64,000 nt of DNA from an uncultured Planctomycetaceae bacterium (GCA_963833985.1 CAWIAD010000001.1:1824001-1888000), one strand, 5' to 3'. Shown: positions 30,533 through 41,903, numbered from the stretch's first letter. Notes: a model not told the origin generated them from the letters alone. Numbers and translations are program-made.

Positions 30533-31141
30533 ATGAATGCTTCGCCTGATCCTGGTGGTGGCAGCCACGAGACGAGCGCTCCGGACGCGACGCGCGCCGG
30601 TACAGCGACGGTGCTGGGCCATGGGGGCCAGAGCATCACCTACCAGGTGATCGAGCGCCACCTGGCCAAGTTTCGAGACGGCGCGGCCGCGTTGCGCGAT
30701 CTTTTCAGCGATCCAGCACCGGGGGCCGCTTCATTTGCGGAAGCAGACGCCCCATTGCAGGACGTGGCCGCGGCAGCCGGGCCGGAAGCCGGCAGTTCCC
30801 TGGAGCGGCACATCGAGCGGCACATGGCGACGGTCGATCAGGTACTGCGGCAGATCCGGGAGCTGAACCCGGACCGTCGCAAGAAGATCGAACTGGCGCC
30901 GGAGGTCCGGGAGCAGATCGCGACGAAGGAGCGGACGATCCGCGACATCGTCGGTGCCGAGCTGCATTTCTGGGCGGCCACGGTCGAGCAACATCCGCTC
31001 GAGAAGTTCGATCCGATCGAGCAGTCCTGGCTGCGCCGGATCCTGGCGCTTGCGGATTTCCTGGGCGTCGATCACGACCATGAGGAGTACCTGCGATTCC
31101 TCACGGAATGGGCAGCGCACGGGGAATCCGGAATCGGGTGA
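30533..31141 (+). CDS. Hypothetical protein
   Basis: Helical ORF with GC-rich third positions; no recognisable motif; start uncertain. Confidence 0.55.
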   Translation: MNASPDPGGGSHETSAPDATRAGTATVLGHGGQSITYQVIERHLAKFRDGAAALRDLFSDPAPGAASFAEADAPLQDVAAAAGPEAGSSLERHIERHMATVDQVLRQIRELNPDRRKKIELAPEVREQIATKERTIRDIVGAELHFWAATVEQHPLEKFDPIEQSWLRRILALADFLGVDHDHEEYLRFLTEWAAHGESGIG

Positions 31142-31181
31142 CTCGAACCTGGCAACCGGGTCAGCGGCCGGGTCCGCAGCT

Positions 31182-33194
31182 TCAGTTGCGAAGCATCCTC
31201 AGGCCGCTGGCGATGACCAGGAACTCGCTGACCTCGTGGCCGATGACGGCGCTGGTCAACGAGAACAGACCCGTGACGGCTCCGATCACCAGGCCCGTGA
31301 TCACGAGCGTGGAAAGCACCAGGTTCTGCCGCACCACGGTCTGGCTCCTGCGGGCCAGGCGGAGGGCGACGACCAGCTTTTGCAGGTCATCGGCCATGAG
31401 CGCCACGTCGGCGGTCTCGAGTGCCACGTCGGTGCCCGCGGCGCCCATGGCCACGCCCACGCTGGCCGCGGCCAGGGCCGGCGCGTCGTTGACCCCGTCG
31501 CCGACCATGACGACGGGCCCGTAGCCGGCCGCCAGCTCCAGGACGCATTCGACCTTCTGTTCCGGTTGCAGGTCCGACCGCACCTCGTCCACGCCCGCCT
31601 CGACGCCCACACCCTGTGCCGCCCGCTGGCTATCGCCGGTCAGCATGACCACCTTCTGGATGCCCAGGGCGCGCAGCTCCCGGATCACACCCGGGGCTGC
31701 CGGCCGGACCCGGTCTCGCAGCGCGATCAGGCCCCAGACGCCGGAAGCGTCGCCCACCACGACCACGGTCTTGCCTTGAAGCAGGCAGCCCTCGATGTCT
31801 GGATCAAGCGGCGCCAGGCTATGGCCGAACTCGGTCCAGAAGAAGGCGGGGCGGGCCACGTAGGCGATTGTGTTGCCGATCCGAGCCGCGGCTCCTGAGC
31901 CCACCAGCGCGCGGAACTCCTCGATCGGGCGCACGGGCAACCCGGAATCGCGGGCGTGGCGGACGATCGCGCGGCCCAGCGGGTGCTCGCTATGCTGCTC
32001 GACGGCGGCCGCCAGCGACAGCAGCTCCGGCTCTGTTGCGGGCGCCGCGGCCGGCCGCGCGGCATTGAGCAGCACCTCGGCGACCTCCGGCTCGCCATAC
32101 GTCAAGGTTCCCGTCTTGTCGAACGCAACCACCCTGGCCGAGGCCAGTTGCTCCAGGAAGACGCCTCCCTTGATGAGCACGCCCTGGCGCGCTCCGGTGC
32201 CCAGCGCGGCGACCAGGGTGACCGGGATCGAGATCATCAGCGCACAGGGCGAGGCCGCCACCATGAGCACCGTCGCCCGGGTGATCCAGGTGCTCCAGTC
32301 CGCATGGGTGAGCAAGGGCGGCAGCACGGCCACGAGCACTGCGGCCAGCACCACCGTGGGGCTGTAACGCGATCCGAACCGCTCGATCAGCCGCTGGCTC
32401 GTACCCTTCTTCTCCTGGGCCTCCTCGACCATCTGGATGATGCGCGAGACCGTGTTGTCGGCGAAGGTGCGCGTGGCCCGGACCTTCAGCGCGGCCAGCC
32501 CGTTGATACTGGCGGCGAACACGGAATCGCCCGGAGACTTGACGACCGGCTGGCTTTCCCCGGTGATCGGCGCCTGGTCCACATCGCTTCGCCCCTCGAC
32601 GACGACGCCGTCGGTGGCGACGGCCGCGCCAGGTTTGACGAGGAACACGTCGCCCACCGCGAGCGCCTCGACGTCGATCTCCTCGGTGTGCTCGCCCCGC
32701 AGCACGGTCGCCGTCCGCGGCGAGAGCTTGACCAGGGCCTGAATCGCGGAGCGGGTCTTCCGTTCCGTGAAGTCCTGCGCGGCTTCCGAGATGGACGTCA
32801 AGAAGACCAGAATGGCGCCTTCCTGCGCATGGCCGATGATCGCGGAGACGACGGCCGAGGCACTCATCAGGAAGTAGAAGCCGATCGACCCGTGCCTCAC
32901 CAGGTCCACGATCGCCTTCCGGCCGAAATAAAAGGCCCCGGAGAGTATGGCAAGGAGGGCGCAGGCCTCGACCAGGCGGGGCGAGGCACCCAGGCTTCCG
33001 ATCAGCCAGCCAAGCAGGAGCAGCGTTGCGGAGGCCAGCGACGTCAGCAGCTTCGGGCTGCGCTGGCCCTGGTCGGGCAGTGCGGCCCGGTTGCCCGGCG
33101 CCGGCACGATCTTTGGCCGGCTTGCGACCAGATCGGTCCGCGCTTCTGCCACCGTGGCGACCGGCATCGTCACCACGCCATCGGCGTCCGCCAT
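31182..33194 (-). CDS. Heavy-metal P1B-type ATPase, P1B-4-like
   Basis: TGES, SPC in the metal-binding TM (VAASPCAL), DKTGTLT, SEHPL, GDGVNDAPAL, HE in the last TM; no CxxC metal-binding domain. Confidence 0.93.
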   Translation of the reverse strand: MADADGVVTMPVATVAEARTDLVASRPKIVPAPGNRAALPDQGQRSPKLLTSLASATLLLLGWLIGSLGASPRLVEACALLAILSGAFYFGRKAIVDLVRHGSIGFYFLMSASAVVSAIIGHAQEGAILVFLTSISEAAQDFTERKTRSAIQALVKLSPRTATVLRGEHTEEIDVEALAVGDVFLVKPGAAVATDGVVVEGRSDVDQAPITGESQPVVKSPGDSVFAASINGLAALKVRATRTFADNTVSRIIQMVEEAQEKKGTSQRLIERFGSRYSPTVVLAAVLVAVLPPLLTHADWSTWITRATVLMVAASPCALMISIPVTLVAALGTGARQGVLIKGGVFLEQLASARVVAFDKTGTLTYGEPEVAEVLLNAARPAAAPATEPELLSLAAAVEQHSEHPLGRAIVRHARDSGLPVRPIEEFRALVGSGAAARIGNTIAYVARPAFFWTEFGHSLAPLDPDIEGCLLQGKTVVVVGDASGVWGLIALRDRVRPAAPGVIRELRALGIQKVVMLTGDSQRAAQGVGVEAGVDEVRSDLQPEQKVECVLELAAGYGPVVMVGDGVNDAPALAAASVGVAMGAAGTDVALETADVALMADDLQKLVVALRLARRSQTVVRQNLVLSTLVITGLVIGAVTGLFSLTSAVIGHEVSEFLVIASGLRMLRN

Positions 33195-33624
33195 GGATTC
33201 TCCTCCCGGCCCCGTGCCGCGCCTGCGCCCGATCCGCGTATCAGGGACCGAGCGTCCGAGCCCTATCTTACCGCGGCCTGCATGGTCGTTGGGGATTCTT
33301 TCTGGAGTGGCCAGCGCCTGCGCCGGGGGCGTATTCCCGGCACGGCCGCTCGGGGGATCTTGATCGCACGCCGGCGATCGGGTCGTCTCCGTTGAACCTT
33401 TTTGACATGCGGATTTGAAATTCGGGGTGGATTGATGCCACAATAAAGGGTAGAGCACATCGTTGATCGATCCGGCTCTGGCTCTGGCATCGGTTCTCGG
33501 GCGCGGGTGGGGCCGGAACGGCCTCGTGATCCAGCACGGTCGGACCTGGCCGGAGACAGAGCGCCCGCCGCCATCTCACCGCACCAGGTGCGGCCGGGGA
33601 GGGAGGCAAAGGAGTGAGCGTGCC

Positions 33625-34968
33625 ATGGCCTCGCTGAGTCGCGACACCCCGCGCATCCTTGGTCCTCTGCCTGGCCCCCGCAGCGCAGCCTGGCTGGAGC
33701 GCGACCACCGAGTGATGTCGCCCTCGTACACGCGGGTCTACCCGCTGGTGGTCAAGCGTGCGCGCGGGGCGATGATCGAGGACATGGATGGCAATCGGTT
33801 CCTCGATTTCACCGCGGGCATCGCCGTGACCAACGTGGGCCATTCGCATCCCCGGGTGGTGGCGGCGATCGAGCGCCAGTGCCGCCGGCTGATCCACATG
33901 TCGGGGACGGATTTTTATTATGCTCCACAGGTGCGTCTGGCCGAGCAACTGGCCCGCCTGGCGCCCGGGCCCGACCCCAAGCGAGTGTTCTTCACCAACA
34001 GCGGGGCGGAGGCCATCGAGGCCGCGCTCAAGCTGGCACGCCGGCACACGGGCCGGAACCGCGCACTGGCCTTTCTGGGGGCCTTCCACGGCCGGACCTA
34101 TGGCGCGATGTCCCTGTCCGGTTCCAAGCCCATGCAGCGACGGGGGTTCGCGCCGCTGGTCCCGGAAATCCACCACGCCCGCTATGGCGATCTGGAGAGC
34201 GTGCATGCCCTGCTGAAAACGGTCTGCCCAGCCGACGAGCTGGCCGCGATCTTCGTCGAGCCGATCCAGGGCGAGGGGGGCTACATCGTCCCGCCCGACG
34301 ACTTCCTGCCTGGCTTGCGAAGGCTCTGCGACGAGTACCAGGTGCTGCTGGTGCTCGACGAGGTGCAGAGCGGATTTGGCCGCACTGGCAAGCATTTTGC
34401 TTCCGAGCACTGGGGCGTGGAAGGCGACATCCTGTGTCTCGCCAAGGGCATCGCCAACGGCCTGCCGCTGGGAGCCATCGTGGCACGCTCGACGGTGATG
34501 GACTGGCCCAGCGGCAGCCACGCCTCGACGTTCGGCGGCAACCCGGTGGCCTGTGCCGCGGCCCTGGCGACTTTGCGGTTAATCGAGCGCCGCTACTGCG
34601 CCAATGCCGAGGTCCGCGGGGCGCAGCTCTGTGCGGGTCTGCGGGGGTTGCTACACCAGCATCCCTGCGTTCGCGAGGTGCGAGGGAAGGGGCTCATGAT
34701 CGGCCTGGAAGTGCAAGACGAGGAGGGCCGTCCGGCGCCGCAGTTGCGCGACCGGATTGTCGATCTGGCGTTCCACCGGGGCTTACTTTTGCTCCCCTGC
34801 GGCGCCAGTACCGTGCGCTTCTGCCCGCCGCTCTGCCTGACCGCCCGCCAGGTTGAGACCGGTCTGGAGCTGTTCACATCGGCCCTGGCGGCAGCCGTGT
34901 CCGCGTCCGCGTCCGCCGGTCCGCCGGGCGCGGGGGTGCCCGAGGATGGCCTTGCGGCCACCGTTTAG
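33625..34968 (+). CDS. Class-III PLP-dependent aminotransferase (ornithine/GABA/lysine omega-aminotransferase-like)
   Basis: NSGAEAIEAALKLA, FHGRT, EPIQGEGGY, DEVQSGFGRTG, AKGIANG, STFGGNP. Confidence 0.92.
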   Translation: MASLSRDTPRILGPLPGPRSAAWLERDHRVMSPSYTRVYPLVVKRARGAMIEDMDGNRFLDFTAGIAVTNVGHSHPRVVAAIERQCRRLIHMSGTDFYYAPQVRLAEQLARLAPGPDPKRVFFTNSGAEAIEAALKLARRHTGRNRALAFLGAFHGRTYGAMSLSGSKPMQRRGFAPLVPEIHHARYGDLESVHALLKTVCPADELAAIFVEPIQGEGGYIVPPDDFLPGLRRLCDEYQVLLVLDEVQSGFGRTGKHFASEHWGVEGDILCLAKGIANGLPLGAIVARSTVMDWPSGSHASTFGGNPVACAAALATLRLIERRYCANAEVRGAQLCAGLRGLLHQHPCVREVRGKGLMIGLEVQDEEGRPAPQLRDRIVDLAFHRGLLLLPCGASTVRFCPPLCLTARQVETGLELFTSALAAAVSASASAGPPGAGVPEDGLAATV

Positions 34969-35006
34969 CGGCCGCGGTTCGGCCTGCATCATCGAGGAGG
35001 CACATC

Positions 35007-36433
35007 ATGTCCGTGGCCCTGGATGAAGCCGTTTCTGCCGGCTTCCAGTGGAAGCGCTGGCCTGAGACCGAGGAGATGGTCGATCGCTGGATCCGCCGCG
35101 CACTGGGCGATCACGCCTTCGCCGCCGATCTGGCCGTCCGGATGATCCGCGAGGCCGGCACGCCGATGAAGGTCTGGGTGGACCATCTTGTGCTCGCGGG
35201 CACGCGCGCCCTGGCCGGGACGCTGGCGGGGGCGGGTTACCAGCGGCAGAGCCAGAGCTATTCCGTGGGTGTCCCGGTGTATGCCCATTCCGGAGGCATC
35301 TTCCCGCGCGTCGCGCTGGTCCCTTCCACCGACGCCTGCGACGACGACGGGCTCGCCGCGGTTCAGAGACTGGCCATCAAGGTGGAGTCGGTCGCGGCCT
35401 TTTCCCGGGCACATGACCTGGGGCTGGAGATCCAGGGCTATCCGCTTGGGCCGTACCGCAGCGCACTCCTCCCGGGCGAGCGAACGGACCTGCTGATCGT
35501 CGAGCGCCGGGGGTACCTGGGCTTCGAGCCGTTTCCCGGCGAGCTGGCGCGAGAGGGGCGGATGAGCCCCCAGGCGGCGCCAACGCCCTGGCCGCGCGCG
35601 ACCTCTGGCTAGGCCGCCGCAGGCGGTTCGATGACGACGCGGACGGCATCAACGCGACCGAGGAAACGCTCGAGCGAATGATCGAGCTGGCGGGCTGCCG
35701 AGACCTGGCCTGCCACCTGGTCTTCGAGGTCGAGCGCGAGTACTGGCAGTCGCGCAACCGGGCGGCCCGGGTGCAGAAGGCGCGGCAGGATCGGCTGGGG
35801 CTGGGATGGGCCAACCACGATCATCACACCTTCCGCTGTTCGCGGCGCTTCTTTCCCCGCGTCATCGGCATGTTCACGCGGCTCGGCTTCGTACTCCGCG
35901 AGCGGTTCCACGCCGGTGCCCATGCCGGCTGGGGCGCCCAGGTGCTCGAGCATCCCACCACGGGCGTCGTCATCTTCGCCGACCTGGATCTGGCCCCCGA
36001 GGAAGCGACTCACGACTTCAGCAGCCAGGCCCTGGCGGACTTGCCCAGGCCGGGTACCGTCGGCCTCTGGGTGGCCCTGCACGGCGAATCGATCCTGGAA
36101 GCCGGGATGCACCACCTGGAGGCCCAGTTCGATTTCGACGCCCTGCGCGACGGCCTGAAGGCCGAGGCGAACATCGAGACCATGCCGCCCTTCTCCGATT
36201 TCCCGTTCCTGCGGCAAGCGTTCACGGCCGGTGAGCGCTGGGCCGTCTCGAAGCAGCGCGCTGACCGGGCGCTGGCGCTGGGCTGGATCGATGAGCCGCA
36301 GCACGCCCGGTTCCTGAAGGAAGGCACCATCGGCAGCCACCTGGAGAACCTCCAGCGCCGCGAGGGCTACAAGGGGTTCAACCAGCAGGCGGTCAGTGCC
36401 ATCATCGCGGCAACCGACCCGCGGCTGCACTGA
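35007..36433 (+). CDS. Uncharacterised VOC-fold protein, HPPD/HglS-like putative Fe(II) oxygenase (frameshift near 35580)
   Basis: GGAGG RBS; NHDHHTFR, GMHHLE, LRQAFT, LENLQRREGYKGFNQ; ORFs 35007-35612 and 35678-36433 join with one added base. Confidence 0.7.
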
Positions 36434-38126
36434 TGGAGCCTCCTGGAACGCCCACAGACCGCAATCCGAGTGCGAGTGATCACGTGACACGCACACAACA
36501 GGCTCCCGAGCGCAAGAGTCAGGAACCGGGCCGGCTGCGGCAAGAGACAATCGAGGTCCTCGCGCAAGAGGAAGGGCTACGCCAGGGCGGAGGCCCCGCG
36601 GCGATCGACCGCCAGCATGAGAAGGGCCGCAAGACGGCCCGCGAGCGGCTCGGCTTCCTGCTGGATGCGCACGCCCCGCAACTGGAGGTGGGCCTCTGGG
36701 CGGGGCACGACGTGTACGCGCAGTGGGGCGGCGCCCCGGCGCCGGCGTGCTCACCGTGCTGGGCTCGGTCGAGGGCCGGCGGGTGATGGTGGTGGCCAAT
36801 GATGCCACGGTGAAGGCCGGAGCGTGCTTTCCGCTCACCATCAAGAAGATCCTCCGCGCCCAGGCGATCGCGGGCGTGCACCGCCTTCCACTCATCTACC
36901 TGGTGGATTCGTCGGGCGTCTTCCTGCCGATGCAGGACGAGGTCTTCCCCGACGAGGATGATTTCGGCCGGATCTTCCGTAACAACGCCGTGCTTTCCGC
37001 CCAGGGAATTCCGCAGTACGCGGCGATCATGGGCAACTGCGTGGCCGGCGGCGCCTACCTGCCGGTGCTCTGCGACACGGTGCTCATGACCGAAGGATCA
37101 GGCCTGTACCTCGCTGGCCCGTCGCTCGTCAAGGCGGCGATCGGCCAGAACATTTCGAGTGAAGAGCTTGGCGGTGCCCATGTGCACGCGGCGTTCAGCG
37201 GCACGATCGATTACCGCGAGCCGGATGATGACGCCTGCCTGGTGCGGCTCAGGCGGCTGCTGGCGATGCTGCCGCCGGATCCGGCCCTGCCGGAGTGCCG
37301 GTCCTCCGCGCAGCCGCCCGCGCGTCTCCCGGCCGATCTGTACGAGGTCGTGAACACGGAGCCCTCCGCGCAGTACGACGTCCGCGACCTGCTGGCCTGC
37401 GTGCTCGACCGCGGCCCGTTCGACGAGTTCCGCGCCGAGTACGGCAAGACGATCGTGTGCGGGATGGGCCGCCTGGGCGGGATGCCGCTGGGCGTGGTCG
37501 CCAGCCAGCGACTGCGGTTCCGCGCCGAGGGCGGGCCGTTCCAGTTCGGCGGCGTGATCTACGCCGACAGTGCCGACAAGGCCGCCCGGTTCGTGCTGGA
37601 GTGCAACCAGGGCCGCCTGCCGCTCCTGTTCCTCCAGGACGTGAACGGCTTCGACGTCGGCCGCGACGCCGAGCGTAGTGGCATCATCCGCCGCGGTGCC
37701 AAGCTCGTCAGCGCGGTGAGCAACAGCACGGTACCGAAGATCACGCTCATCGTCGGCCACTCGTTCGGGGCGGGGCATTATGCCCTCTGCGGCAAGGCGT
37801 TCGACCCGCGCTTCCTGTTCGCCTGGCCGGGCGCGCGGTACGCCGTGATGGGCGCTCAGCAGGCCTCGCGCACCATGCTCGATGTGAACGTGGCCACGCT
37901 CCAGCGCCAGGGTAAGGCCGTTGATCAGGCCGAGCTCGACCGCATGACCGAGGAGCTGCGGCAGCGCTACGACCGCGAGACCGACATCCGCTATGCCGCG
38001 GCGCGGCTCTGGATCGACGCGATCGTCGAGCCGGAGCGAACGCGCGAAGTGCTGATCCAGGCGTTCGACCTCGCCACCCGCTGCCGCGACGTCACGCCCA
38101 TCACCACGGGCGTGTTTCAGGTCTGA
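36433..38126 (+). CDS. Acyl-CoA carboxylase carboxyltransferase (beta) subunit, MccB/LiuB-like (frameshift near 36740)
   Basis: RQGGG...RQHEKGRKTARERL, ANDATVKAG, LVDSSGVFLPMQDEVF, GNCVAGGAY, YAAARLWIDAIVEP. Confidence 0.92.
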
Positions 38127-38300
38127 ACCGCTGATGTCAAGGGGTTGCTTGCGCGAGATCGTTGTTTCATGATGAGCGTAGCCGAAAAAGGTGCGTGCAT
38201 CGGTCTCACGAGGCAAGCCCAGAAGCCGACAAGGCAGTGCGTGACATCGCTTTCCAGTGGGACCAGTCCCCGCCGCTTCAAGAATCTCGGAGGACAGGAG

Positions 38301-38744
38301 ATGCCGGACACCGAAGAGCTGATTCGGGCACTGACTGAGCTGGATACGGCCACCCTGGAGGACGTGATCAACACGACGTTCGAGCGTCGTCGCGACCCGG
38401 TCCGGCCGGAACGGCCAGGCCCCGAGGAGGGCCCCGAGGCGTTCGCTCGCTGGCTTGCACAGCGTCACCTCGACACGGACACTTCGATCGAGCGAGTCGT
38501 GTACTTGCCGGCGGGTGCTCCAGCAGGCGAGATTCGACTGCTGGAGGTCAATCGCTTCCTTCATCCTCCGGACAAAGATGCCATTGAGCCTCTGGAATTC
38601 TCTTCCGGAGTTGAGGATCTACCATTCCGCGTGTTCGTCGCCGATATCACTCGAGACGAGTGGGAGCAGGTTCAACGTAGCCCCGAGCTGCTCGCGCGGA
38701 TCGGCTGGCAGTGGCAAGGTCACGAGGTCTACACGAGGGGCTAG
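38301..38744 (+). CDS. Hypothetical protein, possibly a degenerate minimal nucleotidyltransferase (MNT) fold
   Basis: AGGAG RBS; IERVVYL...EIRLLEV...VFVADITRDEWEQV spacing recalls MNT strands; ends 2 bp before a HEPN-like gene. Confidence 0.55.
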   Translation: MPDTEELIRALTELDTATLEDVINTTFERRRDPVRPERPGPEEGPEAFARWLAQRHLDTDTSIERVVYLPAGAPAGEIRLLEVNRFLHPPDKDAIEPLEFSSGVEDLPFRVFVADITRDEWEQVQRSPELLARIGWQWQGHEVYTRG

Positions 38745-38746
38745 GC

Positions 38747-39238
38747 GTGCTCAATACTGCAGAGCAGCTCTTCCTCCATCAGGCTCGTTCCGACTATGAA
38801 ATCTATCGTCACCTCGGTCGACGCAGTACTTGCCATCGTCTTCACTATCTTCAAATGTGCACCGAGAAGCTTGCCAAGGCCTATTTCTGGAAGGGTGGTC
38901 ATTCTCCTGGTCTGAAACACTTCGTCTTTGGGCCGCTGCTTCGCGACCTGGCGCTGCGCCCGGATTTCCATGAGATGTTCGGTTACCAGGACCGGCGTCG
39001 ATTCGATCTTCAAGAAGCCTCCATTCTGGACCTGGCGCGTCGGCTTCAGAATCTTGTCCCCGCAGGTGGGAACACCGGCCCCAACCCGGAATACCCCTGG
39101 CCTCCAAACATGCCGACAAGCGGACCGCTGAGCTACGACTTTCCCGAATGGCGAGACTGGATTGAAACAACTTCCGGACGACGATTGAGGACTTTTGTCG
39201 AGACCCTCTTGAAAGACTTCGAGTCGTACTTCCCCTGA
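38747..39238 (+). CDS. HEPN-like protein
   Basis: FLHQARSDY...HYLQMCTEKLAKAY...KH...EYPW follows the HEPN pattern (A..D, QQ..EK.LKA, H, RYP). Confidence 0.65.
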   Translation: MLNTAEQLFLHQARSDYEIYRHLGRRSTCHRLHYLQMCTEKLAKAYFWKGGHSPGLKHFVFGPLLRDLALRPDFHEMFGYQDRRRFDLQEASILDLARRLQNLVPAGGNTGPNPEYPWPPNMPTSGPLSYDFPEWRDWIETTSGRRLRTFVETLLKDFESYFP

Positions 39239-39296
39239 TGCGTCCCATGCGCAGGCACAGGAGCGGAGAATCGTACCTCGTTCCGCGGAGCCAGTC

Positions 39297-40708
39297 ATGC
39301 CACGAGGCCCTGAACCCCCAATCCGCATCGGCAACGGCGCCGGCTTCTGGGGCGACAACCTGGACGCGCCTTACCTGCTGGCACGCGACGGCAAGCTCGA
39401 TGTCTTGACGCTCGAGTATCTGGCCGAGCTCACCCTGGCGATTCTCAGCCATCAACGGAGCAAGAACCCGCAGGCGGGGTTCATCAGCGACTTCCCGGAG
39501 ACGCTCGGACGGCTTGCGCCCTCATGGCGCAGCAAGACACGCTGCGGATCGTCACCAATGCGGGCGGGCTCAACCCGCAAACCTGCGCGGCCGCGTGCGG
39601 CCTGGTTCTGCTTGAGCCAGAGCTGCAAGCGCTGGCGGTCGGAGTGGTCACGGGTGATGATGTGCTGAAGCAGATTCCCGGATGGCTCGCGGCGGGCGTT
39701 GCGCTCGATCACCTGGAAACCGGCGAGCCGCTCACGATGGCATGCGATCGACTTCAGAGTGCCAACGTCTACCTCGGGGCCGAGCCCATCGCCGAGGCGC
39801 TGGGCGGCGGTGCGCGCCTTGTCCTGACCGGCCGCGTGGCGGATGCATCGCTCACGCTCGGCCCGGCGGCGTTCCACCACGGCTGGGCCTGGGACGACTG
39901 GAACCGGCTTGCGGGCGCCAGCGTGGCCGGGCATCTCATCGAGTGCGGGGCCCAGGCCACCGGGGGCCTGTGGCACCACTGGGATCAAGTTCCAGACCTC
40001 GCGGGAATCGGCTACCCGATCGCCGAGATCGCGGCCGACGGCTCGTCGCTGATCACCAAGCCCGACGGGACCGGAGGGCTCGTGAGCGTGGGGACGGTGA
40101 CCGAGCAACTGCTCTACGAGATCGACGACCCGGCCCATTACCGCACCCCTGATGTCGATGTGGACTTCACCACCGTGCGCCTCGGCGAGGACGGAGCCGA
40201 CCGGGTGCGCGTCCAGGGCGCCAGCGGGGGGCCGCGCCCGGACCATCTCAAGCTGGCAATCGTCTACCGCGATGGCTGGACCGCCAGCGGCATGCTGGCG
40301 GTGGTCGGCCGCGACGCCGAGAAGAAGGCGCGTGCGGCCGGCGCGATCGTCCTGGAACGTGTGCGCAGGGCGGGGTTCTCGTTTGCGGACTCGCTCATCG
40401 AGTGCTTCGGCGCCGGGGATGTGGTGCCGGGGGTTGGAGTGCCAGCCGAGAGCCCGTTCGAGGTGGTCCTCCGGGTCACGGTGCGCGATGTCCGCCGCCC
40501 GGCTGTGGAGCGTTTTTGCAGGGAGCTGGCGCCGCTGGTCACCGCCGGACCGCCCGGGATCGCGGGCTATGCGGCGGGCCGTCCCACGCCTCGACCCGCG
40601 TTCGGCTACTGGCCGGCCCTCGTGTCCAGGACCCTGGTGCAGGCCGCTGTCGAGGTACGTGCGGCGCAGGAGTGGACCCAGTTCACGGCACGCCCCGATG
40701 CGACCTGA
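39297..40708 (+). CDS. Acyclic terpene utilisation AtuA-family (DUF1446) protein (frameshift near 39520)
   Basis: IRIGNGAGFWGD, LEYLAELTL, TNAGGLNP, SANVYLGA, TGRVAD, GHLIECGAQATGG, EQLLYEI. Confidence 0.92.
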
Positions 40709-40741
40709 GCATCGTTGCCAAAAGTGGGGGATTGATTCACA

Positions 40742-41098
40742 ATGGAGCTTGATGAGCGGACGGTCCGGCTGGGCGATCTCGCCCACGCTCGCAGCGGAGA
40801 CAAGGGCAACTCCGCGAACATCGGCGTGGTGGCCCGGGATGAGGCGAGCTTCCAGTGGCTGCGCACCCACCTCACCGGGGACGTCATTGCCGCGTATCTT
40901 CCATCGCTTCAAATCGGATCGGTCCGGAGGTATGAGCTTCCCCACCTGCGGGCATTCAATTTCGTGATCACGCACGCACTGGGCGGCGGGGCAAGCCGGT
41001 CCCTGCGGCTGGATACGCAGGGCAAGGCGCTGGGGACCGCGATCCTGGAACTGCGTTTACCAGCGCCCGCGAGCGCCCGCCCCCATTCCGGTTTCTGA
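40742..41098 (+). CDS. AtuA-related small protein (separate AtuA C-terminal-like domain)
   Basis: AHARSGDKGNSANIGV...VRRYELP...ALGGG...SLRLDTQGK. Confidence 0.88.
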   Translation: MELDERTVRLGDLAHARSGDKGNSANIGVVARDEASFQWLRTHLTGDVIAAYLPSLQIGSVRRYELPHLRAFNFVITHALGGGASRSLRLDTQGKALGTAILELRLPAPASARPHSGF

Positions 41099-41111
41099 CG
41101 GAGACTCCGCG

Positions 41112-41903
41112 ATGAGCGAGGCAATGGTCGGGCGGTCGGATGATGGCCCGGTCGCGATTCTCACGCTCCAGCGTCCGGAGCGGCGGAACGCCATATCGCG
41201 GTCGCTCATGCACGAGCTGGAGGACCAGCTCGACCGCGCCGGGCTTGATTCAAAGGTCCGCGCGCTGGTCCTGACCGGCGCCGGGGCTGTTTTCAGCTCG
41301 GGCATGGACCTGAAAGAGGCCGCCAGCGAGCGTGCCAGCGCCGAGGCCGAGCAAAACGCCGTGGCCACGCTTCAGGAGTATGCAGACCTGCTGCAGAAGG
41401 TGCACACGTTCGCCAAGCCGACGATCGCGGCACTGAACGGCGACACGCTGGCGGGTGGGGCCGGGCTGGCGATGGCCTGCGACCTCGTCATCGCCGCCGA
41501 GAACGCGCGGATTGGTTATCCCGAGGTGCTCCGCGGCCTCGTGCCGGCAGTGGTGATGCACGACCTGACGCGGCTCGTCGGCGACCGCCGCGCCCGGCAG
41601 TTGCTGCTCACCGGCGAGTCGATTTCGGCTGTGCAGGCTCAGCAGTGGGGGCTGGTGAACGAGGTCACGCCACCGGACCGCTGCCTGGAGCGGGCGATCC
41701 GGGCGGGCAAGGCCACGACCGCCTCGGCGCCGCACGCCGTTGCCGCCATCAAGCGCCTGCTCGATGAGACTCAGGGCCGCCCGCGCAGCCTGCGCGGTGC
41801 CGCGGCCGTGAGCGCGGCCATCCGCGTCTCTGAAGAAGCGCAGGAGGGCATCCTTGCGTTCGTCGAGAAGCGGCCTCCGCACTGGACCCAGCCTGGACCG
41901 TGA
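41112..41903 (+). CDS. Enoyl-CoA hydratase/isomerase (crotonase; LiuC/AtuE-like)
   Basis: RPERRNA, FSSGMDL, AGGAGLAMACD, PEVLRGLVP, AFVEKRPP. Confidence 0.92.
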   Translation: MSEAMVGRSDDGPVAILTLQRPERRNAISRSLMHELEDQLDRAGLDSKVRALVLTGAGAVFSSGMDLKEAASERASAEAEQNAVATLQEYADLLQKVHTFAKPTIAALNGDTLAGGAGLAMACDLVIAAENARIGYPEVLRGLVPAVVMHDLTRLVGDRRARQLLLTGESISAVQAQQWGLVNEVTPPDRCLERAIRAGKATTASAPHAVAAIKRLLDETQGRPRSLRGAAAVSAAIRVSEEAQEGILAFVEKRPPHWTQPGP

